DNA of 64,000 nucleotides from Macrostomum hystrix (GCA_950097015.1 CATNEN010000038.1:3100001-3164000); one strand, 5' to 3'; positions 1 to 13,900 are shown, numbered from the stretch's first letter. Notes: generated by a model not told the origin, from the sequence alone. Program-made: numbers and translations.

Positions 1-616
1 TCAACCAGCAGCCGATAATTCTCCTTGTCCGTTTCAGCTCTGGGAATTGAAAAAATGGCGTGCAGAATCGCAAGCTTCACAGATTGCTATAACTAGTGCC
101 ATGACAAACAACAATAATGAGCACAAACCTATTGAGTCTATTCTCCAGAACAGCCAGTCGATTGTCGTCAGCTGTCTGCGATGCTGGCACAGTCAAGTGG
201 CTGCAGGCAATGTCCAGCCTGCACTCGCTGGCCTTGCAGCTGACATACTCCAGAGAGCTGGGCGTCCCGCTCGAATGGCTGGATGTCGGCAACAAGGCCG
301 GCTGCTGATTGGCTGATGCGGCTGCGGCGGCGGCAGCGGCAATTCGAACTTGATTTTCTAGCAGATCGTTTTGACTTTTTAATTTCGCGCCAAGTTGTTG
401 GATTTTAGCGACTGGAGCACGAATTTGGGCTACCAGGATGTTGCTGCTGGTGTCCGCGGCGGCAAGGTCCTCGCTGTCATTAACTGATGCCGGCTCGATT
501 GAAGACTGCGCTGACACAACGACAAAGTCGTCCAACGAGTCTGTACGACAGTAGGGGCAGGGCAGCTGCTGCTGCTGCTGCCCTGCACCAGAGGCATCAT
601 GACCCTGCACGGACAT
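1..616 (-). CDS. 5' part of an uncharacterised coiled-coil protein gene (continues beyond the left edge); CPYC motif and LIR-like DDFVVV
   Basis: Exon 130-616 (ATG at 616; acceptor ttacctAG at 620-621), GT-AG intron 40-129, then exon <1-39 continuing in frame (..ENRLNR/AETDKENYRLLV). No family recognised. Confidence 0.55.
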
Positions 617-671
617 GTCCTAGGTAAGCAACTGGAAAAGCGGAGAAAATTGCCTAAAGCTTGCGGATCTG

Positions 672-1535
672 ACAGATTTGGGGAAATGAGCCAGACTCTG
701 AACCTGAGGATCCGGGAGATTTGGGGAAATGAGCCAGACTCTGAACCTGAGGATCTGGGAGATTTGGGGAAATGAGCCAGACTCTGAACCTGAGGATCTG
801 GGAGATTTGGGGAAATGAGCCAGACTCTGAACCTGAGGATCTGGGAGATTTGGGGATATGAGCCAGACTCTGAACCTGAGGATCTGGGAGATTTGGGGAA
901 ATGAGCCAGACTCTGAACCTGAGGATCTGGGAGATTTGGGGATATGAGCCAGACTCTGAACCTGAGGATCCGGGAGATTTGGGGATATGAGCCAGACTCT
1001 GAACCTGAGGATCCGGGAGATTTGGGGATATGAGCCAGACTCTGAACCTGAGGATCTGGGAGATTTGGGGATATGAGCCAGACTCTGAACCTGAGGATCT
1101 GGGAGATTTGGGGAAATGAGCCAGACTCTGAACCTGAGGATCTGGGAGATTTGGGGATATGAGCCAGACTCTGAACCTGAGGATCCGGGAGATTTGGGGA
1201 TATGAGCCAGACTCTGAACCTGAGGATCCGGGAGATTTGGGGATATGAGCCAGACTCTGAACCTGAGGATCTGGGAGATTTGGGGAAATGAGCCAGACTC
1301 TGAACCTGAGGATCTGGGAGATTTGGGGATATGAGCCAGACTCTGAACCTGAGGATCTGGGAGATTTGGGGATATGAGCCAGACTCTGAACCTGAGGATC
1401 TGGGAGATTTGGGGATATGAGCCAGACTCTGAACCTGAGGATCCGGGAGATTTGGGGATATGAGCCAGACTCTGAACCTGAGGATCTGGGAGATTTGGGG
1501 AAATGAGCCAGACTCTGGACCTGAGGATCTGGGAG
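672..1535. repeat. 43-bp minisatellite, ~20 copies, in the spacer between AAMP and the next gene
   Basis: Unit GAGATTTGGGGA(A/T)ATGAGCCAGACTCTGAACCTGAGGATC(T/C)GG. Confidence 0.95.
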
Positions 1536-1773
1536 AAAATTCAAAATATTGTTAAAATTCACAAGTCACAAGTCACAATTTGTCCAAAAATACAAACCTC
1601 GCATGTTAATCAGGTTAACAATAAAAGTGCTCAGACCAGCTCCAGACTCACAGTTAGAGGACTTTTATAAGCGACCGAAATGGAAGAGAGCATGCAATAA
1701 ACGATCGCAGCGCCTATACAAATGCCAACAATTAAAGGATTTCTGTAACTCTTCAAGAATTGCTTCAAGCCGA

Positions 1774-4295
1774 TCAGTCGATGCGGTAGAGTTTAACTGT
1801 TCGGTCGCATTTATCTGCGCAAGTCACTAACAGAGAGCACGCGGGCAAATAGCACGCATCCAGGAGGCCGTCCCGATGTCCCAGCAGCTCCTGCAGCGGC
1901 TGTCCCGACAGGCCGTCCCAGAGGCGCGCTCGGCCATTCACATCGGCAGTGGCGAACCTTAGCCTAGCCGACGAACCCGAAGATGAAGCCGTCGGCAGCC
2001 AGAGGACTCGGACAACACCGGCGCCGACTTCGCAGCGAAGCCTCACCCGCATTGAACCGCCGCCGCCGCCAGCCTGCAGGTCGAAGACGAACGCGAAGCC
2101 TGTCAGACAGCCGGCAGCCAGCAGCGTCTCCTGCTGCGGACAGAACTGCACCGACTCCACCGACCAGTTGGCTGCGGCCTGCACTGCTGGAGCTGCCGAG
2201 GCACCCTCCGCCTGAACTGTGGTGGCAGCCTCCGCTGTGACCTGCAGTGAGGAGAGCGATTTGAATTGTTCAGACTGCCTGCTGATGTACACTGCCTGCT
2301 TGCCCCACTGATGTACACTGCCTGTCTGCCCCACTGATGTACACAGCCTGCCTGCTTGCCCCACTGATGTACACAGCCTGCCTGCCTGCCCCACTGATGT
2401 ACACAGCCTGCCTGCCTGCCCCACTGATGTACACTGCGACTGCCCTCAAGGGGTTGCTGCTGTTGGCCCTACCTGAGGCAGGCTGCACACAGCCAAGGGC
2501 ACCCGTGGCGCGGCGGACCTGAAGCAGACCACCTGGCCGGACTCGGTGCCGCAGGCAGCCAGGCCGGAGCCGGACGCAACGTCGATTGACAGGACCGGCG
2601 AGTCGCAGGTTAGGACGCCGCCGGAGGCGGGGGCCACGGCTTGGCCGGCGCGTAGGTCGAGAAGGCGGACTCGGCCGTCGTCGTGGGCTGCCAGTGCGTG
2701 GGCGGGATCGTTCGGCAGCACCAGGCCGCAGGTGGTCTCGCTGCCACCAGAGCCTCCAGAGATCACTTTGCACTGACCGGATGGGATCTGGCAAATTTGT
2801 CACGAAAAAATATATTTTCTGTTGGAGCAAAAACTGCTGAATGACGATTGGACACCTGAAACAGCTACCTGACATAGACACCTGACACAGCTACCTGACA
2901 AAGACACCTGACACAGCTACCTGACATAGACACCTGACACAGCTACCTGACATAGACACCTGACACAGCTACCTGACATAGACACCTGACACAGCTACCT
3001 GACATAGACACCTGACACAGCTACCTGACATAGACACCTGACACAGCTACCTGACATAGACACCTGACACAGCTACCTGACATAGACACCTGACACAGCT
3101 ACCTGACATAGACACCTGACACAGCTACCTGACATAGACACCTGACACAGCTACCTGACATAGACACCTGACACAGCTACCTGACATAGACACCTGACAC
3201 AGCTACCTGACATAGACACCTGACACAGCTACCTGACATAGACACCTGACACAGCTACCTGACATAGACACCTGACACAGCTACCTGACATAGACACCTG
3301 ACACAGCTACCTGACATAGACACCTGACACAGCTACCTGACATAGACACCTGACACAGCTACCTGACATAGACACCTGACACAGCTACCTGACATAGACA
3401 CCTGACACAGCTACCTGACATAGACACCTGACACAGCTACCTGACATATCTACCTCGCACAAGCAACTTTCTGAGCACAGCTTGTCCAAACCAGATCTCA
3501 CCTGCCACAGCCAGCAGCTGCCGTCGCCGGCTCCGATAAGAAGAGCGGACGCCACCATCGGGTGCCAGCAGCCCCAGCGCAGCTCGGTGGTCTCGCCGGA
3601 CCAAAACGGCTCCGATTGCGTGGAGGCCACGGTGGCAGCATCGATTGCGACCGCGTCAGCGAAAAGCTTGGCATCCCAGACGTTGACCCGACCAGACAGA
3701 TCGCCAGTGGCCAGCAGGGCGCCAGTCCTGGGGCGGTAGATGACATAATTAAGAATTTTAATGATCCTAGCTCTGATCTGAGGATCTGGGCAGTTGCCAG
3801 CTCTGATCTGAGGATCTGGGCAGTTGCTAGCTCTGCTGGGGATCTGTGGACATTGTGGATCTGGGAAGTTATGCAAGTTGAAACTCAAACTCACTTATTG
3901 AAGGCCACGAACACAACGGAGTCCTCGTGGCCGCCGCACACGCCAACAAGCCCAGCAGCCTGCGGGCCGGGCCCGACTCGCCAGACCAGCGCCCTGTCGT
4001 CCTCGCCACCGCTGGCCACCAGTTGGCCATCCGGCGAGGCGGCTACGCAGAAGACGCTGGAGGCGTGTCCGGCGAGGGTCGCCCAGGAGTCGTCTCTAGC
4101 CACTTCAAAGGGCTGGCGCGGCTCCTCTGCGCCCTCCTCCTCCTCGCTCATCATGTCGCCCTCGTCATCGCCGTGGATAACTTCGTCGCCATCATCGACA
4201 ATTTCCAAATCCTCGTAATTGAACTCTTCTCCAGCCTCCTCTTCATCATCATCGATTAACTTGTTCTCATTTAGATCTGGCTGATCAGCCTGCAT
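1774..4295 (-). CDS. AAMP: AAMP/SQT1-like WD40 protein (uL16 chaperone family), 4 exons, ~469 aa
   Basis: Exons 4295-3895, 3727-3502, 2787-2473, 2241-1774; all GT-AG and in frame (1410 nt). Acidic N-terminus, GHASSVFCV..ASGGEDD, GHEDSV, LATGDLSG, WLWQ/IPSGQCK, WD repeats. Confidence 0.85.
2273..2436. repeat. 30-bp minisatellite, ~5 copies, AAMP intron 3
   Basis: Unit GCCCCACTGATGTACACAGCCTGCCTGCCT. Confidence 0.9.
2853..3447. repeat. 26-bp homogeneous minisatellite, ~22 copies, AAMP intron 2
   Basis: Unit CACCTGACACAGCTACCTGACATAGA. Confidence 0.95.
3768..3870. repeat. ~30-bp short tandem repeat, ~3 copies, AAMP intron 1
   Basis: CTCTGATCTGAGGATCTGGGCAGTTGC(C/T)AG; resembles the 43-bp array unit. 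Confidence 0.75.
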
Positions 4296-4347
4296 TGCTA
4301 GCGCTGAAATATTGACAATAGTGCAATTTACATATAAATAAAGAGAA

Positions 4348-4555
4348 CCGGACTCACGACTTGAAGGTCGGGGGTTCGAACCGTTCGATTCCTGACTCTA
4401 CTGGAACAATTCTTGTCTTCAAGCAAGTATTCTTGTCTCCATGGACTGAATGTATCCGATGTACACTCAGGTGTGCGTGTGTGCTCAGGAGTTAGCGTAA
4501 CAGACAGTTTTGGATCCTCGCTGGCTGCAGGTCGACTGTCACCGAATGCCAGCAT
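4348..4555 (+). mobile_element. Chimeric/truncated tRNA-derived SINE (family-1 head, family-2 tail)
   Basis: GGACTCACGACTTGAAGGTC..GGTTCGA..TTCC and CCATGGACTGAA match the copies at 20.5 and 26.5 kb; GTGTGCGTGTGTGCTCAGGAG..CCTCGCTGGCTGC..GTCACC matches the 3' end of the copies at 31.3 and 59.2 kb. Confidence 0.7.
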
Positions 4556-4921
4556 TTTTTTAATACTGCTACTCCACCTCTCTAATTATACACAAAATAT
4601 ACCGCATTTACTACTGCAGAAGTAGGAGTAAGGAAAATAGAGACAATGGAAAGACAAAAAGCCAATTTTTTTCAATGACAGGTCAACTCGCAGCGAGTTA
4701 ATATATTATCCTCATGTTGGGATGAGGATATCCCAAACATTTCGATAGCCTCAATTAGTTGATAACAAGTTTGACATTGTGAGTCAGGTCGGACTTCTTT
4801 ATCGTTCATTCTTTATTCATGCCAGAGAAAAGGGGTAGAACTGCACTCGGCCTGGTAAAAAGATTCAACTGCTAAAAAAGATGCCAACCAAACAGAAATG
4901 CACAGCGAAACAAAATAGTTT

Positions 4922-7900
4922 CTAATTTTCCTGCTTCTCTTCCTTGATAGTCTCGCCTTCATTCTCGCCCTCGCCTTCAACACTCTCGCCGTCGCCGTCG
5001 CCTTCGTCGTCATCGGCATTGCGTGCAGTTTTGCCGCGGATCTCAACCAGATCCTCCACGCCGCACAGGCGGGTGAGGTGCAGCCGCTCGTGCTTGTTCA
5101 TGTAGGCCCTCAGTGTGGTTCGACCTCGCCAGCCAGCCAGGCACAGGTCCACATCCGGCAGGTCGCTGGAGTCGCCGTCGCCTCGCCGATAATCGATCAC
5201 AACCGGGCCAACAGTGAGCGCCCGCCAGGCCGCCCTAGTCGCCTCGCTGAATCGGTCTGAGAACGGCAGCTCGTGCTCTAGAAGCACCATGAGGTCGGAG
5301 CGGGGCACCCGGATTCGCCGCCTACTGATGTGCGGCTCCAGCAGGCTGAGGCCCTCCTGCAGCGGTCGGTAGCCCTGGTACTCGGCATCGTCGCAGATGG
5401 AGAAGATTTTAATGCCCATGTTGACCGTCTTGAGCTCCGGGTTGCTCTGCACCAGGCGTCTGGCCTGGTCGTTGACCAAGTACAGGTGCCGCTTCTTGGA
5501 GGTCTCACAGCGGTACAGCACATTGCCGCTGGGAAATCTGGTGTCGTCGATGCCGAAGGTGTCGGCGATGCCGCACCACACCGGGTGCTCCGGGCCCATG
5601 AACAGGAACGGGTCCTCGTGAAAGCGGCGCCGCTTGGACTTGGGCGACTGGGGCCGCGGCGATGAGTCGCCTTCTTGGGCGCCTAGACGAGGAATGGGAT
5701 TTCCAGGATGGGGAAGATGGTGAATGGGATTTCCAGGATGGGGAAGATGGTGAATGGGATTTCCAGGATGGGGAAGATGGTGAGTGGGATTTCCAGGATG
5801 GGGAAGATGGTGAATGGGATTTCCAGGATGGGGAAGATGGTGAATGGGATTTCCAGGATGGGGAAGATGGAGAGTGGGATTTCCAGGATGGGAAATATGG
5901 TGAATGGGATTTCCATGATGGGGAAGATGGTGAATGGGATTTCCAGGATGGGGAAGATGGTGAATGGGATTTCCATGATGGGGAAGATGGTGAATGGGAT
6001 TTCCAGGATGGGGAAGATGGTGAATGGGATTTCCATGATGGGGAATATGGTGAATGCGATTTCTAGGACGGGGAAGATGGTGAATGGGTTTTCCACGATG
6101 GGGAATGTGGTGAATGGGATTTCCAGGATGGGAAAGATGATGAATGGGATTTTCATAATGGAAAGATAGTTAATCGGATTTTAAGAAGGATAAGATGGTG
6201 GAATGGAATTTCTAGAATGGTGAAAAGGTATATAAAGGTAAATGGGATTTCCAGGATGAGGAAATGGTGAATGTGTCAGGCTTCAATGCTAATACTAAGA
6301 GCACACGGCTAATGAAAGCTGTGAGTTCTGTTCCTACCGTTAGCAGCGGCATTGTCGTCAGGCTTGACCTCATCGACTTTAGCTTCGACATTGTCGACTT
6401 CGGCGGCTGGATCGACCGGCGTGGAGTCGACGTACTTTGCCGGATTCATCCAGGGCAGGTGGCGCCGCTTCTCCAGGGCCGCAACAAAGAATCCGCCAGT
6501 GTCCTGCAGATGCGGCAGCACCCGCATGCAGAGGCCCAGGGGCAGGCTGGCGTAGCCTTCGGCGAAGAACGACGGCCTGAGGTAGGCGGTGCTGCGACCC
6601 GACGGCACGTCCGAGTACTTGTCGAACAGGGTGCCGTCGGCGCCCATCACCTTCCAGGTGGACAGGCCGGACAGGGATTTGAAGCCTGGCAGCAGGGGTC
6701 GAACATCTACCTATATGGGATTGGGATTTGGAATGTGTCAGGCAGAGTTAAGGAACTGAGATTGGGAGGTCGGCCAACGGGAAAAAAGAAAATTTAGAGA
6801 GTTCGATTCTCGAATCTACCAACTGAATCTGGCGAATCTACCAACTGAATCTCGCGAATCTACCAACTGAATCTCGCGAATCTACCAACTGAATCTCGCG
6901 AATCTACAACCTGAATCTCGCGAATCTACCAACTGAATCTCGCGAATCTACAACCTGAATCTCGCGAATCTACAACCTGAATCTCGCGAATCTACCAACT
7001 GAATCTCGCGAATCTACAAACTGAATCTCGCGAATCTACCAACTGAATCTCGCGAATCTACAACCTGAATCTCGCGAATCTACAACCTGAATCTCGCGAA
7101 TCTACCAAATGAATCTCGCGAATCTACCAAATGAATCTCGCGAATCTACCAACTGAATCTCGCGAATCTACAAACTGAATCTCGCGAATCTACCAACTGA
7201 ATCTCGCGAATCTACAACCTGAATCTCGCGAATCTACAACCTGAATCTCGCGAATCTACCAAATGAATCTCGCGAATCTACCAAATGAATCTCGCGAATC
7301 TACCAACTGAATCTCGCGAATCTACAAACTGAATCTCGCGAATCTACCAACTGAATCTCAAGAATCTACCAAATGAATCTCGCGAATCTACCAACTGAAT
7401 CTCGCGAATCTACAAACTGAATCTCGCGAATCTACAAACTGAATCTCGCGAATCTACAACCTGAATCTCGCGAATCTACAACCTGAATCTCGCGAATCTA
7501 CCAACTGAATCTCGCGAATCTACAAACTGAATCTCGCGAATCTACCAACTGAATCTCACGAATCTACAACCTGAATCTCGCGAATCTACAACCTGAATCT
7601 CGCGAATCTACCAAATGAATCTCGCGAATCTACCAAATGAATCTCGCGAATCTACCAACTGAATCTCGCGAATCTACAAACTGAATCTCGCGAATCTACC
7701 AACTGAATCTCGCGAATCTACAACCTGAATCTCGCGAATCTACAACCTGAATCTCGCGAATCTACCAAATGAATCTCGCGAATCTACCAAATGAATCTCG
7801 CGAATCTACCAACTGAATCTCGCGAATCTACAAACTGAATCTCGCGAATCTACCAACTGAATCTCAAGAATCTACCAAATGAATCTCGCGAATCTACCAA

Positions 7901-10900
7901 CTGAATCTCGCGAATCTACAAACTGAATCTCGCGAATCTACAAACTGAATCTCGCGAATCTACCAACTGAATCTCGCGAATCTACAACCTGAATCTCGCG
8001 AATCTACAACCTGAATCTCGCGAATCTACCAAATGAATCTCGCGAATCTACCAAATGAATCTCGCGAATCTACCAACTGAATCTCGCGAATCTACAAACT
8101 GAATCTCGCGAATCTACCAACTGAATCTCGCGAATCTACAACCTGAATCTCGCGAATCTACAACCTGAATCTCGCGAATCTACCAAATGAATCTCGCGAA
8201 TCTACCAAATGAATCTCGCGAATCTACCAACTGAATCTCGCGAATCTACAAACTGAATCTCGCGAATCTACCAACTGAATCTCAAGAATCTACCAAATGA
8301 ATCTCGCGAATCTACCAACTGAATCTCGCGAATCTACAAACTGAATCTCGCGAATCTACAAACTGAATCTCGCGAATCTACAACCTGAATCTCGCGAATC
8401 TACAACCTGAATCTCGCGAATCTACCAACTGAATCTCGCGAATCTACCAACTGAATCTCGCGAATCTACAAACTGAATCTCGCGAATCTACAACCTGAAT
8501 CTCGCGAATCTACAACCTGAATCTCGCGAATCTACCAAATGAATCTCGCGAATCTACCAAATGAATCTCGCGAATCTACCAACTGAATCTCGCGAATCTA
8601 CAAACTGAATCTCGCGAATCTACCAACTGAATCTCGCGAATCTACAACCTGAATCTCGCGAATCTACAACCTGAATCTCGCGAATCTACCAAATGAATCT
8701 CGCGAATCTACCAAATGAATCTCGCGAATCTACCAACTGAATCTCGCGAATCTACAAACTGAATCTCGCGAATCTACCAACTGAATCTCAAGAATCTACC
8801 AAATGAATCTCGCGAATCTACCAACTGAATCTCGCGAATCTACAAACTGAATCTCGCGAATCTACAAACTGAATCTCGCGAATCTACCAACTGAATCTCG
8901 CGAATCTACCAACTGAATCTCGCGAATCTACCAACTGAATCTCAAGAATCTACCAACTGAATCTCAAGAATCTACCAACTGAATCTCAAGAATCTACCAA
9001 CTGAATCTCAAGAATCTACCAACTGAATCTCGCGAATGTACCAACTGAATCTCGCGAATCTACAACCTGAATCTCGCGAATCTACCAACTGAATCTCGCG
9101 AATCTACAACCTGAATCTCGCGAATCTACAACCTGAATCTCGCGAATCTACCAACTGAATCTCGCGAATCTACAAACTGAATCTCGCGAATCTACCAACT
9201 GAATCTCGCGAATCTACAACCTGAATCTCGCGAATCTACAACCTGAATCTCGCGAATCTACCAAATGAATCTCGCGAATCTACCAAATGAATCTCGCGAA
9301 TCTACCAACTGAATCTCGCGAATCTACAAACTGAATCTCGCGAATCTACCAACTGAATCTCGCGAATCTACAACCTGAATCTCGCGAATCTACAACCTGA
9401 ATCTCGCGAATCTACCAAATGAATCTCGCGAATCTACCAAATGAATCTCGCGAATCTACCAACTGAATCTCGCGAATCTACAAACTGAATCTCGCGAATC
9501 TACCAACTGAATCTCGCGAATCTACCAAATGAATCTCGCGAATCTACCAACTGAATCTCGCGAATCTACAAACTGAATCTCGCGAATCTACAAACTGAAT
9601 CTCGCGAATCTACAACCTGAATCTCGCGAATCTACAACCTGAATCTCGCGAATCTACCAACTGAATCTCGCGAATCTACAAACTGAATCTCGCGAATCTA
9701 CCAACTGAATCTCACGAATCTACAACCTGAATCTCGCGAATCTACAACCTGAATCTCGCGAATCTACCAAATGAATCTCGCGAATCTACCAAATGAATCT
9801 CGCGAATCTACCAACTGAATCTCGCGAATCTACAAACTGAATCTCGCGAATCTACCAACTGAATCTCGCGAATCTACAACCTGAATCTCGCGAATCTACA
9901 ACCTGAATCTCGCGAATCTACCAAATGAATCTCGCGAATCTACCAAATGAATCTCGCGAATCTACCAACTGAATCTCGCGAATCTACCAAATGAATCTCG
10001 CGAATCTACCAACTGAATCTCGCGAATCTACAAACTGAATCTCGCGAATCTACAAACTGAATCTCGCGAATCTACCAACTGAATCTCGCGAATCTACAAC
10101 CTGAATCTCGCGAATCTACAACCTGAATCTCGCGAATCTACCAAATGAATCTCGCGAATCTACCAAATGAATCTCGCGAATCTACCAACTGAATCTCGCG
10201 AATCTACAAACTGAATCTCGCGAATCTACCAACTGAATCTCGCGAATCTACAACCTGAATCTCGCGAATCTACAACCTGAATCTCGCGAATCTACCAAAT
10301 GAATCTCGCGAATCTACCAAATGAATCTCGCGAATCTACCAACTGAATCTCGCGAATCTACAAACTGAATCTCGCGAATCTACCAACTGAATCTCAAGAA
10401 TCTACCAAATGAATCTCGCGAATCTACCAACTGAATCTCGCGAATCTACAAACTGAATCTCGCGAATCTACAAACTGAATCTCGCGAATCTACAACCTGA
10501 ATCTCGCGAATCTACCAAATGAATCTCGCGAATCTACCAACTGAATCTCGCGAATCTACCAACTGAATCTCGCGAATCTACAAACTGAATCTCGCGAATC
10601 TACAACCTGAATCTCGCGAATCTACAACCTGAATCTCGCGAATCTACCAAATGAATCTCGCGAATCTACCAAATGAATCTCGCGAATCTACCAACTGAAT
10701 CTCGCGAATCTACAAACTGAATCTCGCGAATCTACCAACTGAATCTCGCGAATCTACAACCTGAATCTCGCGAATCTACAACCTGAATCTCGCGAATCTA
10801 CCAAATGAATCTCGCGAATCTACCAAATGAATCTCGCGAATCTACCAACTGAATCTCGCGAATCTACAAACTGAATCTCGCGAATCTACCAACTGAATCT

Positions 10901-13900
10901 CAAGAATCTACCAAATGAATCTCGCGAATCTACCAACTGAATCTCGCGAATCTACAAACTGAATCTCGCGAATCTACCAACTGAATCTCGCGAATCTACA
11001 ACCTGAATCTCGCGAATCTACAACCTGAATCTCGCGAATCTACCAAATGAATCTCGCGAATCTACCAAATGAATCTCGCGAATCTACCAACTGAATCTCG
11101 CGAATCTACAAACTGAATCTCGCGAATCTACCAACTGAATCTCAAGAATCTACCAAATGAATCTCGCGAATCTACCAACTGAATCTCGCGAATCTACAAA
11201 CTGAATCTCGCGAATCTACAAACTGAATCTCGCGAATCTACCAACTGAATCTCGCGAATCTACCAACTGAATCTCGCGAATCTACCAACTGAATCTCAAG
11301 AATCTACCAACTGAATCTCAAGAATCTACCAACTGAATCTCAAGAATCTACCAACTGAATCTCAAGAATCTACCAACTGAATCTCGCGAATGTACCAACT
11401 GAATCTCGCGAATCTACAACCTGAATCTCGCGAATCTACCAACTGAATCTCGCGAATCTACAACCTGAATCTCGCGAATCTACAACCTGAATCTCGCGAA
11501 TCTACCAACTGAATCTCGCGAATCTACAAACTGAATCTCGCGAATCTACCAACTGAATCTCGCGAATCTACAACCTGAATCTCGCGAATCTACAACCTGA
11601 ATCTCGCGAATCTACCAAATGAATCTCGCGAATCTACCAAATGAATCTCGCGAATCTACCAACTGAATCTCGCGAATCTACAAACTGAATCTCGCGAATC
11701 TACCAACTGAATCTCGCGAATCTACAACCTGAATCTCGCGAATCTACAACCTGAATCTCGCGAATCTACCAAATGAATCTCGCGAATCTACCAAATGAAT
11801 CTCGCGAATCTACCAACTGAATCTCGCGAATCTACAAACTGAATCTCGCGAATCTACCAACTGAATCTCGCGAATCTACCAAATGAATCTCGCGAATCTA
11901 CCAACTGAATCTCGCGAATCTACAAACTGAATCTCGCGAATCTACAAACTGAATCTCGCGAATCTACAACCTGAATCTCGCGAATCTACAACCTGAATCT
12001 CGCGAATCTACCAACTGAATCTCGCGAATCTACAAACTGAATCTCGCGAATCTACCAACTGAATCTCACGAATCTACAACCTGAATCTCGCGAATCTACA
12101 ACCTGAATCTCGCGAATCTACCAAATGAATCTCGCGAATCTACCAAATGAATCTCGCGAATCTACCAACTGAATCTCGCGAATCTACAAACTGAATCTCG
12201 CGAATCTACCAACTGAATCTCGCGAATCTACAACCTGAATCTCGCGAATCTACAACCTGAATCTCGCGAATCTACCAAATGAATCTCGCGAATCTACCAA
12301 ATGAATCTCGCGAATCTACCAACTGAATCTCGCGAATCTACAAACTGAATCTCGCGAATCTACAAACTGAATCTCGCGAATCTACCAACTGAATCTCGCG
12401 AATCTACAACCTGAATCTCGCGAATCTACAACCTGAATCTCGCGAATCTACCAAATGAATCTCGCGAATCTACCAAATGAATCTCGCGAATCTACCAACT
12501 GAATCTCGCGAATCTACAAACTGAATCTCGCGAATCTACCAACTGAATCTCGCGAATCTACAACCTGAATCTCGCGAATCTACAACCTGAATCTCGCGAA
12601 TCTACCAAATGAATCTCGCGAATCTACCAAATGAATCTCGCGAATCTACCAACTGAATCTCGCGAATCTACAAACTGAATCTCGCGAATCTACCAACTGA
12701 ATCTCAAGAATCTACCAAATGAATCTCGCGAATCTACCAACTGAATCTCGCGAATCTACAAACTGAATCTCGCGAATCTACAAACTGAATCTCGCGAATC
12801 TACAACCTGAATCTCGCGAATCTACCAAATGAATCTCGCGAATCTACCAACTGAATCTCGCGAATCTACCAACTGAATCTCGCGAATCTACAAACTGAAT
12901 CTCGCGAATCTACAACCTGAATCTCGCGAATCTACAACCTGAATCTCGCGAATCTACCAAATGAATCTCGCGAATCTACCAAATGAATCTCGCGAATCTA
13001 CCAACTGAATCTCGCGAATCTACAAACTGAATCTCGCGAATCTACCAACTGAATCTCGCGAATCTACAACCTGAATCTCGCGAATCTACAACCTGAATCT
13101 CGCGAATCTACCAAATGAATCTCGCGAATCTACCAAATGAATCTCGCGAATCTACCAACTGAATCTCGCGAATCTACAAACTGAATCTCGCGAATCTACC
13201 AACTGAATCTCAAGAATCTACCAAATGAATCTCGCGAATCTACCAACTGAATCTCGCGAATCTACAAACTGAATCTCGCGAATCTACAAACTGAATCTCG
13301 CGAATCTACCAACTGAATCTCGCGAATCTACCAACTGAATCTCGCGAATCTACCAACTGAATCTCAAGAATCTACCAACTGAATCTCAAGAATCTACCAA
13401 CTGAATCTCAAGAATCTACCAACTGAATCTCAAGAATCTACCAACTGAATCTCAAGAATCTACCAACTGAATCTCACGAATCTATCCATCACTGGAATCC
13501 GTCGAATCGACCACCTGGCCATGCTAATCTGTTAAGAGCAACATTTGTTTAACCAAACTTAGAAAGGCTTGAAAATCGCACCAGTTCGACGGAGCCCTCA
13601 GCCTCCAGAAGCAATTTGCCAACAACCGCCTCATTCTCCACCGGATTCAAGCTGCATGTTGAGTACACAATCCGGCCGCCAACGGTGAGGAGTTCGAGTC
13701 CCCGTTTGAGAATCTTGGCCTGAGTGAGGTGCAGGTTGTTGGCGTGGCCAGGTTTCCAACGCCGCCAGACGCCGGGGTTCTTCCTGGCGGTCCCGTCGCC
13801 GGAGCAGGGCACGTCGGCGAGGACGCGATCGAACAGCAACGGCGGACCGTCTGGTTCCAGACGGAGGCGGGGGAACACGCTGGAGTCGTGAGCGCACACA

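Noticed and set aside
6811-13485. CRISPR-like appearance of the regular repeats
   Set aside because: No unique spacers, no cas genes, eukaryotic intronic context.
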